A DNA stretch of 62,899 nucleotides, counting the filler, from Welwitschia mirabilis (Eukaryota), in NCBI GenBank assembly GCA_051453625.1. It is 6 parts of one record of this genome, joined end to end, with 100 filler letters (N's around TTAATTAATTAA, not from the genome) between each part and the next. Parts side by side here need not be neighbours in the genome. Positions count along the whole stretch, not along the records: positions 1 to 29,326 come from JBOZIK010000001.1; 5 more parts are not named here. One strand, written 5' to 3'. Position numbers and translations under genes: made by a program. The notes under the pieces were generated by a model. That model was not told the origin of the DNA. It did not search any database and was given only the letters and a program-made list of their open reading frames with translations. Shown here one piece after another: positions 14,228 to 27,247 of this stretch. The number at the start of each line of letters is the position of its first letter. Position 1 is the stretch's first letter.

Positions 14228-14231
<4 letters not shown>

Positions 14232-14259
<28 letters not shown>
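14232..14259. repeat. (TA)n microsatellite
   Basis: Directly visible. Confidence 0.95.
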
Positions 14260-14262
<3 letters not shown>

Positions 14263-14756
14263 TCCAATCAAAAACAGCTCATGTAACTAGACAATCAAAG
14301 TTCCTCGCTTAATTAATCAATCCTTGATCTTGAGCAGGGATGTCCCTATGCTAATTCCCAGATGGCCAACTGTCTTTGATTGTACAACCAAGAAACTGAA
14401 TGCCACCTAGACGTCCCATCTTTTAATCCTAGACGTCAACTATTTTTTGGTTCAGAAACCCAGCATCAACCCCGAACGTCCAGCTTATAAGCATCAGACG
14501 TCCCGATTTTTTATTTAACCTTTTTCTTTTGGGTTTAAAAACCCAGACGTCCCAACGCAAATTACCAAACTCTGTTCTTTTATGCGGACGCAAATATGTG
14601 GAGACCCTAGCTTTTTCTTCTTATTTTTAAATTTAAAAAAACCTCCCTTGTTCCTCATTTTTCACATTCCTCACCCTCCTCTTTGACTTTAAGCAGACTC
14701 TCTCATCCAACTCACTTTGATTTTCAAATCTTGAGCTCTTGTTTTGTCAATTCATC

Positions 14757-15823
14757 ATGGTGAAGACTAAGTTCTCTACTTCCAAAAAGGGAAAGAAACC
14801 AGCTTCAGAATCAGAGTGGTTTCAATCTCCTAAACATAGAAAGAACTGGTATGGCTACTTTTCAAAGAGACCCATAGCTCTAGAAAGGAAAATAGATTAC
14901 GAATCTTTCAAACATGAACTGAGATTGGTCCAAAAGTTTGAAGAACAGGGTTGGACGTACGCATTGGATCCTAACACCAAAGCTTCCACTAAAATGGTAG
15001 GATTGTTTTACTGTAATGCTATGTTTGAACCACACAAATGAAAGCTAGTTTCAAAGGTTTATCGAAGATTACTGGAAATAGATTTAGAAGCCATTTCTTT
15101 AATAACTCGATATCCAAATGAAGGCTTCTTCAGAGAAATTAATTCAGTTAGCTCTCTTCAAGAAGCTATGTCAAAAGATGTTTCAACAGAAGAACTTTGT
15201 CGCAAAAATGTTGTTTGGAGAGTAAACATTCGTACCAATCAACTAAAACCATTCTATAGGGTTGTTTTTCAAATTTCAACTCATAATTTGGTTCCAAAAT
15301 TAGGGCACAAAGATGAGGTGTCATCGTTCTATGCTTATATTATCCTTTGTTTGGGAACTAGAGTCAGAATTAATCTTTGCAAATTCATTATGTATTACAT
15401 TAGTCAGTTCTTCATTTCCAGTTTACCTTTTGAAGGCTTAATCATAGCATTATTGGAAAATCATCAATTTGTTATTCAAAAGAATTAGTAAAAGTACCCA
15501 AACCACTTGGTTCCTACTCTCTGAAGAAAATGAATGTCTTCTTTGATGTCATTGGCCCTACTCTAAAGAAGAAGAAGAAGCAAAGAACAGAGGAAAACGC
15601 TAGTGTTGGCCCAGTCTTTAATGAAGATTTGTTAAAAGCCATTTTGGAGGTCAAGGATACAGCTCTACAAGCAAAATCTATAACAAACAAAGTTCATAGA
15701 AAAGTGGAGCATATTGTATTCGGGCTTTCAGCTTTTGGGCTCGACATTCCACCAGACTCAGAGGAAGAAGAAGAGAAAGGGAAACCTGCAACTTCACCTC
15801 ATCATGATGAATCTTTAGATTAG
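14757..15823 (+). pseudogene. Extra 3' ORF of element C (env-like position)
   Basis: Three consecutive ORF pieces from MVKTKFSTSKKGK to HHDESLD*, paralogous to 1-1026. Confidence 0.85.
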
Positions 15824-16277
15824 TCTTATTTCTTCTCCTGCTTCTTCATTCTCATCATTTTTATGTGTCCCTCCTACCTCTTACCTCACGTATTGTCATT
15901 CAAGGATAAGAAAGGGGAAGAACATTTTGTGTATTTGTACTGAGCATTTATCTTTTGTATGCTTTTAAAGTTAATGCAAATATCATTTTCCTCTCTTGTA
16001 CCTATCTTGTGCCATTTTTTTAAATTATTATTGTGAGTAGCTTTGGATTTTATAATCTATATTGTGTGCTAACACTGCGACTCAACCTAACATGGCAAAC
16101 TTCACAATAGATGCAAATATTTTTTTTGGTTTTAATCTACTAACTTCTCACAAACAAGTCAAGTTACTTTTTCAAGTTGACAGTTTAGCAAAATCAAATT
16201 GGAACTAAAATTGAGGAGGAGCAAACTTTCTTCCTTCACACAATCCCAGGATTCTCAATCATTGAAAAGGGAGAGGT

Positions 16278-17314
16278 TGTTGTTAAGATATATTTCAATG
16301 ATGATCAATGGATCAGAACTAGCTAGCCAAAGTGGAAACCACACATCCCAGAAGATGATCAAAGCTGCAAAAAGAGTGAAGTCAAAGATCTGATCAAAAT
16401 CAAGATGTACTAGGACGTCCAAGCTCAACAACGGGGACGTCCGATCTTGTATATTGTCAGATGTACTGGGACGTCCACCTTTGCATACCAGGACGTCCGA
16501 ACCTGCTCTTGGATAAAATATTCTAGGACGTTTGCCTTGCAAACCGGGATGTTCGACCCTATTCTCAGCAAATGTACTCAAATGTCTGAGCATCAAAACT
16601 GGGACATCCAACCCCTATCTCAATTCTCTGTAAAGGCAAACTTAAAAACCGGGACGTCCAGATTTTCTCTACGGGACGTCCAAGTAGTTAATTGTTGCTA
16701 CAAAAATGCATGGTCAAGTAAATGTTGGGTGCTGATACAAAGCTAAGAACGGCTAGAAGAAGATCCTTAATTGCACACTATTCAAGAAACGACCTTGTCT
16801 AGGGTTGTCCCTAGCTCCTTCAATGTAAAACGTATAAATATATTGTTTGAATTGAATTGTAAAGTGAGCTAAACTATGAAAATTTATTGTAATCATTTGA
16901 AGAGAAAGTTCTCTTTCTCCATACTATACAAGTTGGCTAATCTAAGCAAATCTGAATCCTTGTTGTTGTACTCCATGTTGATGATCTATGCTCCAAGGCT
17001 TAATAGACATCAAAACTCTCTTCTCTCTTCTCTTGTGTTGCTTTGAAGGAGCAAGAACTATGGTTTTTGAACGCTGGTTTAGAGGGCTGCTATATTGAAA
17101 GAAATAGCTTTGATTTAAAGGAACTAGGAGGCTCAAGGCTTTGTGCTGCAACCTGTGAGTGGAGTAGGCTAGAAGAGCTGAACCACTATAAAATTTGATG
17201 CACCTTTTCTTATGATTTATTTTTCAGTTTTATGTGCAATTGATTGTTTTCAGTCTCCATATTTTATTTAAAAACGCCCCGCGCCCTCCCTCTTGGGTGT
17301 TTTTGATCCTACCA
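16278..17314 (+). repeat. 3' LTR of element C
   Basis: After PPT GAAAAGGGAGAGG; colinear with the 5' LTR; GGACGTCC motif array. Confidence 0.92.
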
Positions 17315-19912
17315 ATAGCATTCAGTGTCTAATGCTTCAGCCCAAAAGACTTTTGGCACTTCCTTGTCATTAAGCATCGTCCTCGCCATTTCTTGAACAA
17401 GTATGTTCTTCCTTTCAGCAAATCATTCTATTGTGGTGCATATGGTCCTAAAAACTCATGCTCAATCCCATTGTCAATGCAATATTTTCCAAAAGAATGA
17501 TTTTCGAATGCACCTCCATGATCACTTCTGATGTGTTTAATCATATACCCCTTTTTATCTTGAATTTGGTTACAAATCTTTTAAATGCTTCTAATTTGTT
17601 CCCCTAAGAAGGCAATCCAAGTGAATCTAAAATAATCATCAATCATAGCCAAAAAATATCATTTACCTTCCAAACTCCTAGATTGTGAAGGACCTACCAA
17701 ATCCATAAGGATAACTTCAAGAGGCATAGATATTGAGATCATGATTTTGCTCCTATGAGAAGTTTTCGTCTGCTTTCCTTTTTGACATGCATCATACAAT
17801 CCATGCTCACAAAACTGATGTTACCAAACCCTTTTACAATTTCCTTCTTGAGTAGAGATTTAAGGTGATTGTAGTTCACATGCCCTAGTCGTTGGTGCCA
17901 TAAATCTTCATGGTTTACCTGTGAAAAATGACACATAGAAGAAGACTATTCTACACTATTAACAATGTTAGTTCTCTTTCCCTTGAGAAGAAGCACATTT
18001 GTTTTATCATGCCTAACTTCGCATTTTTAACTCTCAAAAATGACTCTATGTCCTTTATCACATATTTGACTAACACTAAACAAATTATGTTTAAGACCAT
18101 TTACATATAAAGCTTCATTGATTCTAGGCATGTTACCTCCACCAGTGCTTCCAACACTTTTAATCTTTGCCTTTCCATCATCACCAAATTTAAACTCTCC
18201 CCCATCAAAGTCACTGAGATATTGGAATCTTGACTTATCACCTGTCATCTGAGAAGAGCAACTACTATCGAGATACTAGCAGGTTCCACTGCTAGCCCTA
18301 GAAGTTGTTTGAATCGACAAGCTTTTCAAGTTGTCAGCGTTCACCCACATAGTCCTTTTGGACTTGTGGGGTATTAAAGATTTAAAAATAAACTTAAATG
18401 AAATACTACCATAGCTTGAGAAAAGCATAAACTTTTTGTAATAACAAAATAATTTAGAGTAACTCTACAAAAATGTTAAGTAATCTTTGGAGTAAAGTTT
18501 TTACCTGTACACATTTCTTAGTTTAAAGTAGTAGATGGTCCTGAAGATACGAAGCCAATACCTCTCTTATCATGAGCTAACTTCCCAATTCCTAGCATTC
18601 ATTCCAACTTGCTAGAACCATTAGAAAGTTATTTAAAAACTAAGATAGAATTTTAACCTCTTGGTGCAATCCTTCAATGTCAACTTTGCTTTTTTGGTAG
18701 TTGTGTTCTCATGTCTTCTTTTCCTTATTGAGAATCTTCACAACCTTATTCAATTGATTTATTTGTTTGGCCAACTTTTCACATTCTTGGTACAACACTT
18801 GACAAGTGTCCTCCAAATTTTCTTCTCCTTCAACTATGATGTCTAGGTCATCTGGTTCAATTGAAGTGGTGACTGTTTGGAGAATAGTGCTATTGCCATG
18901 AATGAGAGACTTCTTCTGACTCTTGACCTAAACTGCTATCTTCACCATCTTCTAAGTTATCCCAAGTTGCAATTAAGGATGGTTTCTTAGACCTTCTTTG
19001 ATCCTTGTTGTTGGCCATAAGTCCATATCCTTTACAAGCATAGCACTAGATGTCTTTCATTCTCTCTTGTTCTTTTCTTTGCTTTGATTGAGTTCTTCTA
19101 ATTCCTTTGCTCGTCTCTCCATCTCTCCTTTTTCTGTACAGGAATCTCTTGAACCTTTTAGCCAATAGTGCCACTTCAACCTCATCAAGTTCATCTGATC
19201 CATCACTTCTTACTTCATCCTGCACACTTTCCAAGGCAAGGCTTTTCTTTTTATATTTAGAAAGTTTTAACTTATAGGTCTAAAGGTTACCTTATTATTC
19301 ATCTAATGCAATCTTACTGATATCCTTGCTTCCTTTAATTGCAATCACATTTGGTTCAAATCACTTGGGAAGAGATCTCAACACTTTCCTTAGTACTATG
19401 GATTCGTCAGCCTTTTCTGTTAGGCTTGCCATTGAGTTGACAATATCTATTAATTTAGCAAAGAACTCCTAGAGCAATTCTTCCTCTTCCATTCAAATGT
19501 CTTCAAATCTAGTGATCAGCATTTGTAGTTTCGCTTGCTTGACAATGGATGTTCCTTCATGGGTTACTGCAAGGATATCCCAGACTTCTTTGGCAGTCTT
19601 GCAATTTACTATTCTCTTGAATTCTTTTGCAAGCACAACACAAAAAATAGCATTCAAAGCCCATGTATCAAGAGTAGCATTGGCTTTATTGACTAAGGAC
19701 CACTAACCTTTTAGCTTCAAGGTGATTGTAGTATTGCCATCATTATCTCTTTGGGTCATGGTATAGTGAATGTAACCCCTGTAGACTGTATCTTCAATAC
19801 CTACATCAGAAGACCTTAGTAACATTCTCATCCTAGCCTTCCAATAAGCATAATTTATTCCATCAAACAAGAAAGGCTTGCCAGTGGAGACTCCAACTAA
19901 GAGGGTACTCAT
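17315..19912 (-). pseudogene. Element B gag, protease and integrase N-terminal/core
   Basis: GKPFLFDGINYAYWKARM; ALLAKRFKRFL; MTGDKSRF..GLKHNLFSVSQICDKG; LWHQRLGHVN. Confidence 0.9.
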
Positions 19913-19973
19913 GAGTAGGATTAGGAACCAAGATCTGTTAGAATCTTTTACTAACTCAACTTTGTTTTGATAC

Positions 19974-20979
19974 TGAACGAACGAATCAAAATAAACCCTA
20001 GAAGGGGGTGAATAGGATTTATTAATTTTTGCATTAATAATAGTTGCAAGAAAAAGATATGCACACACAAAAAAACTGAAGGTTAAAAAACTAAGTACCA
20101 AAAACAAGTGCACTAGGGACAAGCACTTTATAGTGGTTCAAGAAATACCCCTGCTCCACTCTTAAAGGTCAACCAAAGCTCTTCTTAATCCATATCTCCA
20201 TTAATCTTCCTTCTTCCAAGTTTTATAGGAGAACCTATTACCTTTACAATCTGACTTTTCAAGGGTGAGTCTCAACCTTTTCAGCTAAAACAATTTCCAA
20301 GTAATGACAGTGTGGGTTGCTACATTTAATCACTCACTGTTTGTGCAACATGAAAGAGCCTGAATTGCTCAACAATAAGTAGCGATGGGTACAGGAAGTA
20401 TCAATGATGGTTACAATCAACTGGCATAAGAAGGTATCAATAGTACAATATGTCTCCTATTTTTAGGTTTAAGCCCATTTCCCTTTTCTATCATATAATT
20501 AAGGTGAAATGATTTTCAATGTAAAGACCTCTAACTACTAGATAATAGCTAACTGCCTAAAGATCAACGTTTTAAAAAAGTTTAATGTTTTCTTGTCCGC
20601 CTGCTTGTCCGATTGACCCTTCGAAGGTTTTGATCGACCTAAGGTGAATCAGATTGATAATCTAATCAACCTCATGTTCCCTCTGCTGGACTTACGTTTA
20701 ATCAGCTTCTCAGACATGTCGACTCCCCCAAAAATCCAATCGACCCCTCTTGCCCAGATCTGATCTACTCCACTTTGAGTTTAGTCAACCCCTCATGTTG
20801 CAAGTTGTCTTCAATTGCATTTTTGTTTAGACTGGGAGCCCTCAAATCATCAAGGACACAGATCCATCAGAGTTTTGGCTGCCCTTTGAAGTTTCATTAT
20901 CCTGCACCTTTTACTTACATACAAAGGCTAAATAAGATATGTTAGTTTGACATCATTTGACAATCAATTAATTCCAAAA
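19974..20979 (-). repeat. 5' LTR of element B
   Basis: Colinear with 2747-4725; GTCGAC-type motif array. Confidence 0.88.
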
Positions 20980-23041
20980 TGACCCCGAGTCTCGGATAGA
21001 TTCTTTAGGGTTTGTCTTTTTTGTGCCATATACCGCCATGTTATATTTTAAGTAGGATTCGTTCTCAATATGAATCTGATTCAAAACACTCTTCCAAGGT
21101 AGCCGCCTATGACACTAGTCAGAAAAATGTATGCGTTGAGAGAGGCAGCCCAACTCTGACTCAGCAAGGCCTCACAAATCACAAGGATGTTCATGATGTA
21201 AAAATCTGTTACACTCATCACCCCAGGGTCTGCAACTAATTAAACCTTAAAATCTTTCAAGATGCCCTGTACCTTGACATTAGTTCTCTCTAAAGTTTTG
21301 CTGCATTCTTTGGGGTAAGGTCTAATTGTTTAGCTACTTCAGAAGGGAGGATATTGGTTGAACCTCCAAAATCTGTAAGACAAGTACGAACGTTCTTGCC
21401 AAACATACACAATGTAACCAAAAAGGGGACACCTTTTTCTTCGTAATGAAAATGTTACCCTTTGCCTCTAGCTCAACATCGTTCATCACCAAAGGAGAAT
21501 CCTCTAATCGTTGAGCATTTGTTGACATATAAGCCCAAGATAATTTGCTCATCTGCTCTCTACTCACTTGTAAGACATCAAAAATAAAGAGGTTGGCCTT
21601 GCTCTTCTTCAAGTCTTTCACCACATCATACGGAGATACAAGCCTTTTCTTTTCTTCTTCAATCATCTTGACATGGACTTTTGCTGAAGTAGGCAATTGA
21701 TACCTCTCATCTGTAGGAAGAGTAGAGGATCACTGGAAGCATACAATTGGGTAGTGTTGGGTACTTACAGGGGGAAATGGAAGTGGTAACAGTCCCCTTT
21801 TCCTTTTCTTTGGACCTCTTGTCATCAATCGAATTGGATTTAAGTCCAAGGGCCTCTCGATTAGCGGCTCTAGCTCTGCTAGTGTAGACGGAAGTCTAGA
21901 AAGGTGACATATCCTCCACAAGGTGAACTAGTTCATTTTTACTTTCATGAGGAATAGATGCTATGTTCACTTCTCCCAGGGAATCCATAATATCAAAATA
22001 GTATGTTCCCTTCAATTGAGAGGGAGGGGCTTGAAAAGCCTTTATAATCTCCTGCATCTGAAGGTAGTCTAGGAAAGTCTCCCCATGTAATTGGTTGTCT
22101 GATGGAAAGGGCAAGAATCACAAAGTGACGCAACATTTGAATCTTCCCTAACAAGCTAAACACAACGTTGTTTTGGATCATGGTAGTGTCTAGAAACCAC
22201 TTCCCAGTTGACCTTTCTTCTCTTCTCTTTTTTGTTCAAATATCTTCAGCTACTCCATATCCTTAATCAAGTTCATTAGCATTCTGCTAGGAGCTTCTAT
22301 CTCTCTGCTTGCTTCCAAACGAGAAGAGGCTCCTATTTGGATGGAAGGCATGCTTACAGGTAGCGGAAGTGGATTAAGAGATGGATGAGGAGGAGGAGGA
22401 GGAGGAGGAGAAGTCGTCTAAAGAGAAGCAGAAGAAGTAGAGAGTGGAAGAGACGGAAAAAGAAAAGATAGTATTGCAGACGTGGTGGGGATTGGTAATT
22501 AGAGTAAAAACTAAGGCAAACAAGGGTCTACAAGATTGACAGCGGTATTGACAAGAAGGCGTATGATGTTTGGTGGTGGTAGAAGAATAGGATTTAGATG
22601 GACTAGATTCAGATGACCATATGGGGTGACAGGCATAGGCCCCTCTAGACGGAATGTCTCACTCATAAGGTCCTAGGGACTATTTAGGTTGGGTCTCTAC
22701 TCCAAGAAAAATGAAGTCATCCCATCCAAAGCAGACTTGTACACCACTATGACCTAGAAGGCTAATGGTTTGTACCAAACTAGGAATTATTGTAGATTAT
22801 CTGAAAATGATTGTTGAACGCTGGGACCGTCTCTATGTGCATTTTCTTAATGGTGTTATAGAGTCTCCAGAACTATCTACAACACCTGAATGAGATCGTC
22901 CCAAGAGCTAATGGAATTGTAGGGTAGATGGAGATACGAAAGTTGTGTGTCAACTCTCAGATAGAGGACAAACAACTAACAAGTGACATCCTCACACTGA
23001 ATACCCAAGAACAGTAGCCCTTCAATGGAGGGGGTAATATG

Positions 23042-26000
23042 TGTTACAAAAATACACAACAGTAAAGCTAGTAAACAATATAGAAAGAGAACATAGAGAC
23101 ACAAGGATTTACGTGGAAAACCCCAACGAGGGGAAAAACCATGAGAAAGCAGTGCAGGGCTCTATTATCTTCTTAAAGAGTACAAGCCCAAAAGAGGCTT
23201 CAAGCCAACAACAGGCTTCAAGCAAGAATGCCTCACAGAACTCTATCAACTCGCTGTCTTACAAATAAACAACCTTCACACTACCAATAGGCCAAGGGTT
23301 ACAACCAATTAGGGTTACGAGCCAAAACCCTAAAGAGGGTATCATCCTTCTCTTGACACATGTCTCATCTCTACCTAACACCCCCCAAGAATAGTTTTAT
23401 AATAGAAACCTTCTTTTACAATATTAAAGTGGGACCAACGTAAAACATAACATTAGGGACAATACAATAAATTTGGCTTCACATANNNNNNNNNNNNNNN
23501 NNNNNNNNNNNNNNNNNNNNNNNNNNNNNNNNNNNNNNNNNNNNNNNNNNNNNNNNNNNNNNNNNNNNNNNNNNNNNNNNNNNNNTTTGGCTTCACATAT
23601 TAACATTCTCCCACTTGAAGACAAATTTAGCACATCTTCAAGTGCAGCTCCAGAGATGCACTGCTTTTCAAGCTTACTCAGATCACATATCCAGGGGTAT
23701 GCCATGATAGCCCGCTGATGCTTATCTCTTATAACAGCCTTGGTCAAGAAATCTGCAAGATTCGCCTGTGTCTGGATTTTGTGAACATTCAACTTCTTCT
23801 ACTTTAATGCTTCCCTGATAAAGTAATACATTACATCAATGTGCTTCATCCGAGCATGATAGGCAGCATTCTTTGCCAAATGAATGGCAATCTGACTATC
23901 GCAATAAATCACATATTGTTGTTGTTTCAACTCAAACCAGTCCAGTAAACGTCTTAGCTAGATCATTTCTTTAGTTGCCTCTGTTATAGCTATGTACTCT
24001 GCTTCCGTGGTTGACAAAGCCACATCTTTTTGCAAATGAGACATCCAACTAACAAGACCATCGCCCATCCAGAAAAAATAACTAGTAGTGGGCTTTCTTG
24101 TATCTTTACACTGAGCATAATTAGCATCCACATAACCAACAAGCATCCAATTTAGTCTGACCAAAACACAGGCAAAAAATATGTGTACCTTTCAAATAGC
24201 TCAAGATCCATTTTACAACTTCCCAATGCTTTGGGTCAGGGTTACTCATGAAACGCAAGACAGCACTCACTGCATATGAAATATCCAATCTTATGCAGAC
24301 CATAGCATACATTAAGCTTCCAACTACTGAAGCATAAGGAACCACTTCCATTCTTTCCTGTTCCTCTTCTATTTTTGGGCAATCCTCCAGAGATAATTGA
24401 AAGTGACTTGCTAATGGTGTTCCAACTGGTTTATAGTCAGCTATGTCAAAACGTTATAATACTTTGCCAATGTAATTAGATTGATTACGCCACAATTTCC
24501 CACATGATCTTTCCCTAGAAATTTTCATTCCAAGAACCTGTTTTGTAGGACCCAAGTCCTTGGTTACAAAGCATTTTCCCATCTCCTTTTTCAACCTCTT
24601 AATTTCTTGTATGTCATTTCCAGCAACAAGCATATCATCAACATACGATGGTAAATAACAATCTTACCAGAAGCCTGTCCACAGAGATAAATACAGAGAT
24701 CTATATCAATCCTCCTATATTTCTGTTCTTGCATGAAGCCATCAAATTTCTTATACCATTGCCTCGGTGCCTATTTTAGACCATGCAAACTTCTGTTCAA
24801 CCTACAGACCAAGTTCTTCTCCTTGGTTTCAAAACCTTTAGGCAATTTCATATAAATATTTTCTTCAAGATCACCATGTAGAAAAGCAGTCCTAATATCC
24901 AACTGCTCTAATTCCAAATTCAAGACAGCAACAATTGACAAGATAACAAGAATAAAAGAATGCTTCACTATTGGAGGAAAAATTTCTGTAAAATCAATGC
25001 CTGGTTTCTGCACAAAACCTTTTACAACTAATCTTGCCCTATAACATTTTTTTCCATTTGCCTCTACCTTTATCCTGAAGACCCATCTATTGGACAAGGC
25101 ATGCTTCCCAACTAGCAAGGGAACCACATCCCATGTATCATTATGCCTTAAAGCATCTAACACTTCTGAGATTAAGTTTTTAGCAAGTTGAGGCACATGT
25201 CTAACATCATGGAGAAACAGTTTTTTGCCGTTACTTCCTTTCAGCATTACAGACCCAATTCCTTNNNNNNNNNNNNNNNNNNNNNNNNNNNNNNNNNNNN
25301 NNNNNNNNNNNNNNNNNNNNNNNNNNNNNNNNNNNNNAACCCTCTAGGCAGACATGAAAAGAAGCACTAGAATCCAAAATCCAAACATCAGGGCAAGAGT
25401 ATTGGGAAATGTTTACCTCTTGTGCATCTACAATCAACACGTCGTCAACATCTCCTTCTACATTCAACCCTTGTCCTCCTTCTTGGTTTTGTTGGTTACC
25501 TCCTTCCTTTTGTTTACGCTCGTTTTTCAGGCTGTAGCAGTCCTTCAATAGATGACCTTTCTTCTTACAATGCCAACATTCAATGCTTCTATTAACGCAT
25601 TTTCCTCTGCTCTTGCTTTGCCAACATCCTCCTCCTCCTTTATTCTGAGAACGTCCTTTACGAACAACAAGGGCTTCTCCAACAGAAGTAACAACCCTAG
25701 TCTTGTATGCCTCTAGAAGATTTAAAATTATAGTATTTAGGCGCGGCATAGTATCTGAGGCAGTCATCAGGGTAGTGTGAACAGTCTCCCAAGAATCAAG
25801 CAAGGAACTGAGAACCACGATTACCCTTAAATTTTCTTCAAACATCACCCTCAAGTCATCCAACTGTGTGAACAAGCCATTCATCTCGTCCAGGTGTGTT
25901 TGCAACAACGCACCTTCTTTCATCTTCATCTTGAAGACCTCAATAACAGTATAAAATTGATTCATGCTAGTAGGCTGATCATACCTCTGCATCAAAATCT

Positions 26001-26867
26001 GCCACAATTCGGCTGTCATAGAAATCTTGTTATGGGATTGAAGAATCTCGTTCCCAAGGCATGGTCGTATCAACGAAAGCGCCCTTCTGCCAAGTTTCTT
26101 CCACTCTTCATCAAGATACTTCTTCAGCCATTCTGCATCAGAAAGTCCAGATGTTGTCTTCGCATCTACTTCTGTCTTTAGGACAATGTCACATTCCTTC
26201 TAGCAAAGAATGTCTTCCATCAAAATCTTCCATATGCCCCAGTTCTCAGCTCCAATTAGTCAGTCGCTCATTTGCAAATGCTCCATTGTCGTTTAACTGT
26301 ACGGTTGTATAGACGGATGCAAAATGCGTTGTATGGACAGATGCCAAATGCATTGTATGAACACAAAGCTTTTCATCAAAGTGTGTAAGCTCCAAACCTA
26401 GTGCTCTGATACCAAATGTTACAAAAACACACAATAGCGATGCTAGTAAACAATGTAGAAAGAGAACACAGAGACACAAGAATTTACATGGACAANNNNN
26501 NNNNNNNNNNNNNNNNNNNNNNNNNNNNNNNNNNNNNNNNNNNNNNNNNNNNNNNNNNNNNNNNNNNNNNNNNNNNNNNNNNNNNNNNNNNNNNNNNNNN
26601 NNNNNNNNNNNNNNNNNNNNNNNNNNNNNNNNNNNNNNNNNNNNNNNNNNNNNNNNNNNNNNNNNNNNNNNNNNNNNNNNNNNNNNNNNNNNNNNNNNNN
26701 NNNNNNNNNNNNNNNNNNNNNNNNNNNNNNNNNNNNNNNNNNNNNNNNNNNNNNNNNNNNCAAGGATGGTTTTAAAAATAGAAACCTCCTTTTACAATAT
26801 TAAAGTGGGGCCAACATGAAACATAACATTAGGGACAATAAAATAAATTTAGCTTCACATATTAACA
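23042..26867 (-). mobile_element. Tnt1/Tork-like Ty1-copia element E, ~3.8 kb, lacking integrase
   Basis: LTRs 23042-23605 and 26417-26867; perfect TSD ATATG (23037-23041 and 26868-26872); PBS 26403-26414; PPT at ~23606-23619; gag CWHCKKKGHLLKDC, PR WILDSSASFHV, RT, RNase H. Confidence 0.95.
26403..26414 (-). promoter_or_regulatory. PBS (tRNA-iMet) of element E
   Basis: Reverse complement is TGGTATCAGAGC. Confidence 0.95.
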
Positions 26868-27229
26868 ATATGCTCCTCTAGGGCAAGGGAAGAATAAGGG
26901 CTCAAAGCTTGGAGGAACTTGTCATGCTCTAGGGTTAAGCCATGGCAATCAGGGAAATCGAGAGGGTTGCTAACTATATGCGATAACGGGTTAGCCATAG
27001 GCATAGGTTGAACACTAGATGGGTTAGAAGTAAAAGGTTGTGGAGAATTAGTAATAGGGGATGGCAACAGTATAGTAAAATATAGCTCACAGGAAGAGTT
27101 ATTAGATGAAGAGGAACTTTGTAAGAATAGGGAGGACTAAAGAGGTTCTTCAGCCTCTCTCTCGTTGAATGGTCAATGGGTTATGAAGCGCGTATTATAG
27201 TGGTAAGCTAAGGCAGTGGTTTATAAGGG

Positions 27230-27247
27230 CCCCTACTTCTAGCACCA
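27230..27247 (-). promoter_or_regulatory. PBS of the Tat element, probably tRNA-Asn
   Basis: + strand CCCCTACTTCTAGCACCA resembles the plant tRNA-Asn(GTT) 3' end CCCCTCCTTCTAGCGCCA (recalled sequence; 2 mismatches). Confidence 0.7.

Larger units (their letters stand above)
8603..17314 (+). mobile_element. SIRE element C (full-length, degenerate) nested in the integrase of B
   Basis: LTRs 8603-9613 and 16278-17314; PBS TGGTATCAGAG at 9616; PPT 16264-16276; TSD ATAGT/ATAGC; B integrase reads FWAEALDTECY|YMINKVYLR across the insertion. Confidence 0.93.
2747..20979 (-). mobile_element. SIRE element B (full-length, degenerate), interrupted by element C
   Basis: Similar LTRs at 2747-4725 and 19974-20979; degenerate Met PBS at ~19964-19973; gag (FDGINYAYWKARM), protease (YLDSSC..MTGDK), integrase, RT, RNase H, extra ORF, PPT at 4726-4738. 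Confidence 0.9.

Noticed and set aside
23472-23605. Apparent duplication TTTGGCTTCACATA making the 3' LTR of E longer than the 5' LTR
   Set aside because: The copies flank a 100-N gap; unmerged contig overlap. Removing it gives ~450 bp, like the other LTR
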